From the NCBI GenBank assembly GCA_965250675.1, contig CBDFPH010000003.1: a stretch of 64,000 nt of DNA; one strand, given 5' to 3'. This document shows, one piece after another, positions 57,719 through 64,000 of this stretch. The first letter of the stretch is position 1. Every line of letters begins with the position of its first letter. The translations under genes were made by a program, and so were the position numbers. Source of the DNA: Leptothrix sp. (in: b-proteobacteria) (GTDB lineage: Bacteria; Pseudomonadota; Gammaproteobacteria; Burkholderiales; Burkholderiaceae_C). Under the pieces are notes generated by a model. The model was not told the origin of the DNA and ran no database searches. It worked only from the letters and a program-made list of their open reading frames with translations.

Positions 57719-60367
57719 ATGAGCGCCACCCCGACCAACGCAGTGGCCGGGGTGGCCACTGCAACACCCCCAGCCCCGCTGCCCCTGCCGGAACTGCGCC
57801 GCATGTTGCGCGATGGCCGGCAGGCGCTGATCGATGAATTCAAGGCCGCCCGCGCCACCGTCCCCGCTGCTGCGCGGCTGACACGCCTGCTGACGCGTCA
57901 TGTCGATGACGTGTTGAAGCGGCTGTGGGAGCAGTCCACGCTGCCCAAGGGCGCCGCTCTGGTTGCAGTGGGCGGCTACGGCCGGGGCGAGCTTTTTCCG
58001 TATTCCGACGTCGATGTGCTGCTGCTCCTGCCGCAGCCGCTGCCCGAGCCGAGCGAAGTCGAGGCCGGCGTGCTGGCCACGCAGCAGGCGCACATCGAGG
58101 CCTTCATCACCGCGTGCTGGGACATCGGGCTGGAGATCGGCTCCAGCGTGCGCAGCCTGGATGAATGCGTGGCCGAGGCGCAAGCCGACGTCACCGTGCA
58201 GACCTCGCTGCTGGAGTGCCGCCACCTGTGCGGCGCCAAGCGGCTGTTCGAGCAGCTGCGCCGGCGCATGCACGAAACGCTCGACCCCGCCGCCTTCCTG
58301 GTTGCCAAGTCGCTGGAGATGCACCAGCGCCACACCAAGTACGAGGACACGCCCTACTCGCTGGAGCCCAACTGCAAGGAAAGCCCTGGCGGCCTGCGCG
58401 ACCTGCAGGTGGTGCGCTGGGTCGCCTTGGGCGCCGGCCTGGGACGCAACTGGAACGAACTGGTCGCCAAGGGCCTGATCTCGCGTTTCGAGGCCCGCGC
58501 ACTGGCGCGCAACGAAGGCCTGCTCAAGCTCATCCGCGCCCGGCTGCATGTGATTGCCGGCCGGCGCGAAGACCGGCTGGTGTTCGATCTGCAGACGGCG
58601 GTGGCCGAGAGCTTCGGCTACACCTCGACCAGCGAACGCCGTGCCAGCGAGGCGCTGATGCGCCGCTACTACTGGGCCGCCAAGGCGGTGACGCAGCTCA
58701 ACCAGATCCTGATGCTGGGCATCGAGGAGCGCGTCAACGGCTCGCAGGACGCACCGATGCGGCCCATCAGCGAGCGCTTCTTCGACCGCGCCGGCATGCT
58801 CGAAGTCGCCAGCGACGATCTGTACGAGCGCGATCCACACGCCATCCTCGATACCTTCGTCACCTACCAGAACGCGGTCGGCATCAAGGGACTGTCGGCG
58901 CGCACGCTGCGCGCGCTCTACAACGCGCGCGAGCTGATGGATGCCAAGTTCCGGGCCGACCCCGAGAACCGTCGCCTCTTCATGGCCATCCTGCAACAGC
59001 CGCGCGGCCAGACGCACGCGCTTCGGTTGATGAATGACACCTCGGTACTGGGGCGTTATCTGTGGGTATTCCGGCGCATCGTCGGCCAAATGCAGCATGA
59101 CTTGTTCCACGTCTACACCGTGGACCAGCACATTCTGATGGTGCTGCGCAATGTGCGGCGCTTCTTCATTCCCGAGCACACGCACGAATACCCGTTCTGC
59201 TCGCAACTGGCCGCGCACTGGGACAAGGCCTGGGTGCTGTACGTGGCGGCGCTGTTCCATGACGTGGCCAAGGGCCGTGGCGGCGATCACTCCGAGCTGG
59301 GCGCGGTGGAAGTGCGGCGCTTCTGCCGTGACCATGGCATCGAGCGCGAGGACACGCGGCTGATTGAATTCATGGTCAAGGAGCACCTGACCATGTCGCG
59401 CGTGGCGCAGAAAGAAGACCTGTCCGACCCGGACGTGATCCAGGCCTTCGCCCAGAAGGTGCAGGACCCGCGCCGCCTGACCGCCCTCTACCTGCTGACG
59501 GTGGCCGACATCCGCGGCACCAGCCCCAAGGTCTGGAACGCCTGGAAGGGCAAGCTGCTCGAAGACCTCTACCGCGCCACGCTGCGGGCGCTGGGCGGCG
59601 CGCAGCCGAACATGGACGCTGAAATCGAGCAGAAACGCCAGGAAGCGCGCCAGCTGCTGGCGCTGCATTCGATGCTGCCCGGCGCCGAAGAAACGCTCTG
59701 GAAGACGCTGGACCTGAACTACTTCGCCCGCCATGACAGCGGCGAGATCGCCTGGCACGCCCGCGCGCTCAACCGCAAGGTCGAAGGCACCGCGCCGCTG
59801 GTCAGCGCGCGACTGTCGCCAGTGGGCGAAGGCCTGCAGGTGCTGGTCTACGCGCCCGATCAGCCGGACCTGTTTGCGCGCATCTGCGGTTATTTCGACA
59901 CGGCGCAGTTCAGCATCCTGGACGCTCGTGTACACACCACGCGGGCCGGCTACGCGCTGGACACTTTCCAGGTCATCACGCCGTTTTTCGATCAGGCCTA
60001 CCGCGACCTGATCGCGCTGGTCGAGAACCAGCTGACGCTGGCGCTGGCCCAGGACGGCGTCCTGCCCGAGCCGAGCCGGGGCCGGCAATCGCGCCGGGTC
60101 AAGTCCTTCCCGGCCACGCCGCGCGTGCAACTGCGCCCGGACGAGAAGGCGCAGCGCTGGCTGCTGTCGGTGTCGGCGGCAGACCGTTCAGGCCTGCTCT
60201 ACTGCATCGCCCGCGTGCTGGCGCGCTACCGCATCAACCTGCAGCTGGCCAAGATCAGCACGCTGGGCGAGCGGGTCGAGGACACGTTTCTGGTCGATGG
60301 CGCGGTGTTGCAGAACAACCGCAGCCAGATCGAGTTCGAGACTCAGTTGCTCGACGTGATCGCCTGA
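57719..60367 (+). CDS. glnD: PII uridylyltransferase
   Basis: [28 protein letters not shown] motif, ACT domains; canonical map-glnD order. Confidence 0.97.
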   Translation: MSATPTNAVAGVATATPPAPLPLPELRRMLRDGRQALIDEFKAARATVPAAARLTRLLTRHVDDVLKRLWEQSTLPKGAALVAVGGYGRGELFPYSDVDVLLLLPQPLPEPSEVEAGVLATQQAHIEAFITACWDIGLEIGSSVRSLDECVAEAQADVTVQTSLLECRHLCGAKRLFEQLRRRMHETLDPAAFLVAKSLEMHQRHTKYEDTPYSLEPNCKESPGGLRDLQVVRWVALGAGLGRNWNELVAKGLISRFEARALARNEGLLKLIRARLHVIAGRREDRLVFDLQTAVAESFGYTSTSERRASEALMRRYYWAAKAVTQLNQILMLGIEERVNGSQDAPMRPISERFFDRAGMLEVASDDLYERDPHAILDTFVTYQNAVGIKGLSARTLRALYNARELMDAKFRADPENRRLFMAILQQPRGQTHALRLMNDTSVLGRYLWVFRRIVGQMQHDLFHVYTVDQHILMVLRNVRRFFIPEHTHEYPFCSQLAAHWDKAWVLYVAALFHDVAKGRGGDHSELGAVEVRRFCRDHGIEREDTRLIEFMVKEHLTMSRVAQKEDLSDPDVIQAFAQKVQDPRRLTALYLLTVADIRGTSPKVWNAWKGKLLEDLYRATLRALGGAQPNMDAEIEQKRQEARQLLALHSMLPGAEETLWKTLDLNYFARHDSGEIAWHARALNRKVEGTAPLVSARLSPVGEGLQVLVYAPDQPDLFARICGYFDTAQFSILDARVHTTRAGYALDTFQVITPFFDQAYRDLIALVENQLTLALAQDGVLPEPSRGRQSRRVKSFPATPRVQLRPDEKAQRWLLSVSAADRSGLLYCIARVLARYRINLQLAKISTLGERVEDTFLVDGAVLQNNRSQIEFETQLLDVIA

Positions 60368-61809
60368 GCAGTGTCGGTCGGGGCAGTTTCTGCTTCGACC
60401 GGCGCAGCCACTTCAGGCTCGGGCAACGGCAGTACCCAGCCGTCCACGCGCTCGAACACCGCAATCGACTCCACGTGCGCGGTGTGCGGGAACATGTTGA
60501 CCACGCCCGCTGCCGTGCAGCGGTAGCCGGCCTGGTGCACCAGCAGGCCGGCGTCGCGCGCCAGCGTGGCCGGGTTGCAGCTGACGTAGACGATGCGCTG
60601 CGGCGGCTCGAAGCCTTCGTGCGCGGCCGGGTTCTGGCGCAGTTCGGCCAGCGCCTTGATGAGCGCAAACGCGCCTTCGCGCGGCGGATCGATCAGCCAG
60701 CGCTGGGCCGGGCCGTAGGCGGTGACATCCGCTGGGCTCAACTCGAACAGGTTGCGCGCGGCAAAGCTCGCCTTGCCGTCGAGCTGGTTGAGCTTGGCGT
60801 TGTCGCGTGAGCGCTGCACCAGCGCCTCGCTGCCCTCGATGCCCAGCACCTCGCGCGCTTGCGTGGCCAGCGGCAGTGTGAAGTTGCCCAGGCCGCAGAA
60901 CCAGTCGATCACGCGCTCATCGCGCTGCACCTGCAGCAGGCCGAGCGCCTTGCCGACCAGCACGCGGTTGATGTGGTGGTTGACCTGGGTGAAATCGGTC
61001 GGCTTGAAGGGCATGACCACGCCGTATTCCGGCAGGGTGTAGGCCAGCGCCGGACCACCTTCGTCGAGCAGATGTGCCGTGTCCGGGCCCTTGGGCTGCA
61101 GCCACCATTGCACGTCGTGCGCAGCGGCAAAGTCGCGCAGGCGCTGCTTGTCGGCGTCGCCCAGCGGCTCCAGGTGGCGCAGCACCAGGGCGTTGATCAA
61201 GCCGTGCGGGGATTCACCCAGCGCGACCTCGATCTGCGGCAGGCGGTCGCGCTCATCGAGCGTGGCGATCAGCGCGCGCAGCGGCACCAGCAGCGCGCTG
61301 ATGTGCGGCGGCAGCACCGCGCAGGTCTTCATGTCGGCGACGTAGCGCGACTTGCGCTCGTGGAAGCCCACCAGCACCTCGCCCTTCTTGGTCACGTAAC
61401 GCACCGACAGGCGCGCGCGGTAGCGGTAGCCCCAGGTCGGGCCTTCGATCGGCCGCATCATGCGTTCGGACTTGACCTTGGCCAGGTGCCAGAGGTTGTC
61501 CTCCAGCGTGCGCTGCTTGACCGCCACCTGCGCCGATGCGTGCAGGTGCTGCATCTTGCAGCCGCCGCAGGCACCGGGGTGCAGGCCGAAGTTCTCACAG
61601 CCGGGGCGCACGCGCTGCGAGCTTTCGCGGCCCATGACGGTCAGCGTCGCCTGCTCCCAGTTGTTCTTGCGCCGGTTGGTGTGCGCCTGTACGCGCTCGC
61701 CGGGCAGTGCGCCTTCGATGAAGACGACCTTGCCGTCAGTCTTGCGGGCCACGCCCTGGGCGTCGAGGTCGAGCGACTCGACCATCAACCATTCAATGCT
61801 GTTTGTCAT
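60343..61809 (-). CDS. rlmD: 23S rRNA (uracil1939-C5)-methyltransferase
   Basis: TRAM domain, CGGC Fe-S motif, [23 protein letters not shown]. Confidence 0.95.
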   Translation of the reverse strand: MTNSIEWLMVESLDLDAQGVARKTDGKVVFIEGALPGERVQAHTNRRKNNWEQATLTVMGRESSQRVRPGCENFGLHPGACGGCKMQHLHASAQVAVKQRTLEDNLWHLAKVKSERMMRPIEGPTWGYRYRARLSVRYVTKKGEVLVGFHERKSRYVADMKTCAVLPPHISALLVPLRALIATLDERDRLPQIEVALGESPHGLINALVLRHLEPLGDADKQRLRDFAAAHDVQWWLQPKGPDTAHLLDEGGPALAYTLPEYGVVMPFKPTDFTQVNHHINRVLVGKALGLLQVQRDERVIDWFCGLGNFTLPLATQAREVLGIEGSEALVQRSRDNAKLNQLDGKASFAARNLFELSPADVTAYGPAQRWLIDPPREGAFALIKALAELRQNPAAHEGFEPPQRIVYVSCNPATLARDAGLLVHQAGYRCTAAGVVNMFPHTAHVESIAVFERVDGWVLPLPEPEVAAPVEAETAPTDTAQAITSSN

Positions 61810-61863
61810 CGTGAAAACCGGAAGGGTGAGGCGTGCCGAACGCCCGCGCGTTCAGCGTTCAGT

Positions 61864-62841
61864 TCAGCGCGAGGGCAGCAGCTTGACCGGGTCGAGCGGC
61901 TTGCCGCGACGGCGGATCTCGAAGTGCAGTTGCACCCGGTCGGCGTCGCTCGAACCCATCTCGGCGATCTTCTGGCCGCGCCTGACGGTCTGGTCCTCGC
62001 GCACCAGCAGCGCCTGGTTGTGGGCGTAGGCGCTCAGGTAGCTCTCGTTGTGCTTGACGATGATCAGGTTGCCGTAGCCGCGCAGGCCGGAGCCGGCATA
62101 GACCACCCGACCATCGGCTGCGGCCAGCACGGCGTCGCCCGCCTTGCCGGCAATCGACACGCCCTTGTTGCGGGTTTCGTCGAAGGCGGTTGTGACGCCG
62201 CCGCTGGCCGGCCACATCCAGTTGGGTTCTTCGTCGCTGTCGCGGGCGGCGGCAGTCTCGCGGGCAGGGATGACGGCAGGTGTCGGTGCGGTCACCGCCG
62301 TGCTGGCGGAGCCGATGGCCGATGCCGGCGCACCTGCTGCGCTGCCTGCAGCCGTCGATGACGCGGCGACCGTGGCACCCGAGGTGGCGGGCGCTGCCAC
62401 GCGCGGCTCCAGCGGCCGGGTCTCCAGCGCGCGCGCATCGACGCGTGCGCTGCTCACCGGCTTGGCCGCCGTGCTGGTCGGGTCCTGGCCTGGGGCGACC
62501 ACGCGCAGCACCTGGCCGATTTCGATGCGGTCGGGGTTTTCGAGGTTGTTCCAGCGCTGCAGGTCGCGCCAGTTCTGGCCGCTCTCCAGGCCGACGCGGA
62601 TCAGCGTGTCGCCGGGGCGAACGGTGTAATAGCCGGGCTTGCCGGCGTTCTCAGCGCCCGGCAAGGGCTTGGAGGCATCGGTCGTTCCCGAGGAGGAGGA
62701 CGCCTTGCCTGCGGAAGCCGAGCGTTCTTCGACCGGCGCTCTGGGCTTGAGGTTGGAGGAGGCGCAACCGACCAGCGCGAAAGCCGCGCAGACGAGGAAG
62801 ACAAATCGCGAGACGGACGCGAACGTGCGGTGATTGATCAT
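61864..62841 (-). CDS. nlpD: LysM/M23 lipoprotein
   Basis: ATG 62841; lipobox LVGC; LysM YTVRPGDTL; M23 YGNLIIVKH and LHFEIR. Confidence 0.9.
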   Translation of the reverse strand: MINHRTFASVSRFVFLVCAAFALVGCASSNLKPRAPVEERSASAGKASSSSGTTDASKPLPGAENAGKPGYYTVRPGDTLIRVGLESGQNWRDLQRWNNLENPDRIEIGQVLRVVAPGQDPTSTAAKPVSSARVDARALETRPLEPRVAAPATSGATVAASSTAAGSAAGAPASAIGSASTAVTAPTPAVIPARETAAARDSDEEPNWMWPASGGVTTAFDETRNKGVSIAGKAGDAVLAAADGRVVYAGSGLRGYGNLIIVKHNESYLSAYAHNQALLVREDQTVRRGQKIAEMGSSDADRVQLHFEIRRRGKPLDPVKLLPSR

Positions 62842-62906
62842 GGAATCCGTGGGAGGGCTGGCGGTCTGTGTGGAGCGAGGCGGCTCCGAACTGCCCTGGA
62901 ACCGCT

Positions 62907-63791
62907 TCAGATCAGCCCGAAATCGCTGACGCCGGATTCTAAAGGGACGAACCGCACCGCCTCGTGGCTGCTGTGGCGCAGCGTGCCGTCGGTCAGCCGG
63001 TCGATCACCAGCAGCACCTGGCCGCCCAGCCGGGCGTCGTCCATCGGCGCCACCAGCCGGCCGCCGGGCGCGAGCTGGTCGATCCAGGCCGGCGGCACCG
63101 AGCGGCCACTGGCTGCGGCAATGATGCCGTCGTAGGGTGCATTCGGGCCATGGCCGAGCATGCCGTCGCCATAGATCAGGCGCAGATGGCTCGGGCGGGT
63201 GGCAGCGAGGTTTTCGCGCGCTTTCTCGTGCAGCCCCTTGAGGCGCTCGACCGAATAGACCTGCCGCGCCAGCAGGCACAGCACCGCCGCCTGATAGCCG
63301 CAGCCCGTGCCGATTTCCAGCACGCGGCCCAGCGTCGGGCCACCGGTGCGGGCGCGCAGCAGTTCGGTCATGCGGGCGACGACCGAAGGCTTGGAAATCG
63401 TCTGCCCCAGCCCGATCGGCAGGCTGGTGTCTTCATAGGCCTGCGCGGCCAGCGCGCTGTCGACAAACAGATGGCGCGATACGCTGCCCATGGCCTGCAG
63501 CACCTGCACGTCGGTGCAGCCGTCGCGCTTGAGGCGCTCGACCATGCGGGCGCGGAACACATCGCTGTCGAGGCCCAGCCCGGCCGGCGCGCTGGTGCGA
63601 GCCTGCTCACGCACGGCATCCGACAGGGGGCGCTGCGGGCGCAGCACGCCGTCGGGCGTGGCCGGTGCCTGGGCAGCGACATCCTTGCGCGGCGGCGGGC
63701 CTTCGGCGTGGACGAAGCGGCGCAGCGTCGGCTCGGTCTGTTGCAGGCGGAGCGGGAAACGCGCGCGCTTGGCCGGCGGGCCGGATGTCAT
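62907..63791 (-). CDS. pcm: Protein-L-isoaspartate O-methyltransferase
   Basis: [24 protein letters not shown]. Confidence 0.95.
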   Translation of the reverse strand: MTSGPPAKRARFPLRLQQTEPTLRRFVHAEGPPPRKDVAAQAPATPDGVLRPQRPLSDAVREQARTSAPAGLGLDSDVFRARMVERLKRDGCTDVQVLQAMGSVSRHLFVDSALAAQAYEDTSLPIGLGQTISKPSVVARMTELLRARTGGPTLGRVLEIGTGCGYQAAVLCLLARQVYSVERLKGLHEKARENLAATRPSHLRLIYGDGMLGHGPNAPYDGIIAAASGRSVPPAWIDQLAPGGRLVAPMDDARLGGQVLLVIDRLTDGTLRHSSHEAVRFVPLESGVSDFGLI

Positions 63792-64000
63792 GCGCGCGTG
63801 CCTGCCAGGCGTTGCGACCACAGGCCCAGCCGGGCGTGATCGGTCAGGTCGACCTGCAGCGGCGTGACCGAAATCTGGCCGTTGGCGCAGGCATGAAAAT
63901 CGGTGCCTTCGCCGGCTTCGCGGGCGTCACCGGCAGCGCCGATCCAGTAGATCGGCTCGCCGCGTGGGCTGAACTGGCGCACGACCGGCTCGCTGGCGTG
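63788..64000 (-). CDS. surE: 5'/3'-nucleotidase SurE, 3' part only
   Basis: YWIGAAG...GTDFHA...[11 protein letters not shown]; canonical surE-pcm-nlpD order. Confidence 0.9.
   Translation of the reverse strand, partial: HASEPVVRQFSPRGEPIYWIGAAGDAREAGEGTDFHACANGQISVTPLQVDLTDHARLGLWSQRLAGTRA

Overview
High-GC (roughly 65-70% by eye) betaproteobacterial chromosome segment, Burkholderiales-like, probably spanning the replication terminus. Most of it is housekeeping: pheT-pheS-rplT-rpmI-infC-thrS, a glycogen cluster (glgX-pgm-glgC-glgA-glgP), an OmpR/EnvZ-type pair, relA, tRNA-Val, phaR, rlmB, upp, alaS, nadC, tRNA-Gly, trmB, uppP, purL, map, glnD, rlmD and nlpD-pcm-surE. The main accessory feature is a ~12.0-kb tailless, internal-membrane prophage (27459-39482) of the PM2/corticovirus-like double jelly-roll type. 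It encodes a P2-like major capsid protein, an A32/P9-type packaging ATPase, many small membrane proteins, two spike-like proteins, a membrane-anchored lysozyme, a holin-like gene and an FRG-domain cargo gene. I recognise no integrase in it. It is bounded by two dif-like sites sharing TGCATATTATGT[C/A]AACC, which implies integration by host XerCD. The right att site lies in the 3' end of the phage repressor gene. The single C/A mismatch between the two sites gives a TAA stop in the prophage (110 aa). In the excised circle it would give TCA and a 32-aa extension ending in a hydrophobic tail (142 aa). This suggests an integration-dependent repressor switch run through the host dif site. Also notable: a solitary tyrosine recombinase missing most catalytic residues, two adjacent frameshifted genes (ada, DUF924-like) and a degenerate GGDEF protein. 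All family assignments come from motif recognition by eye; no searches were run.
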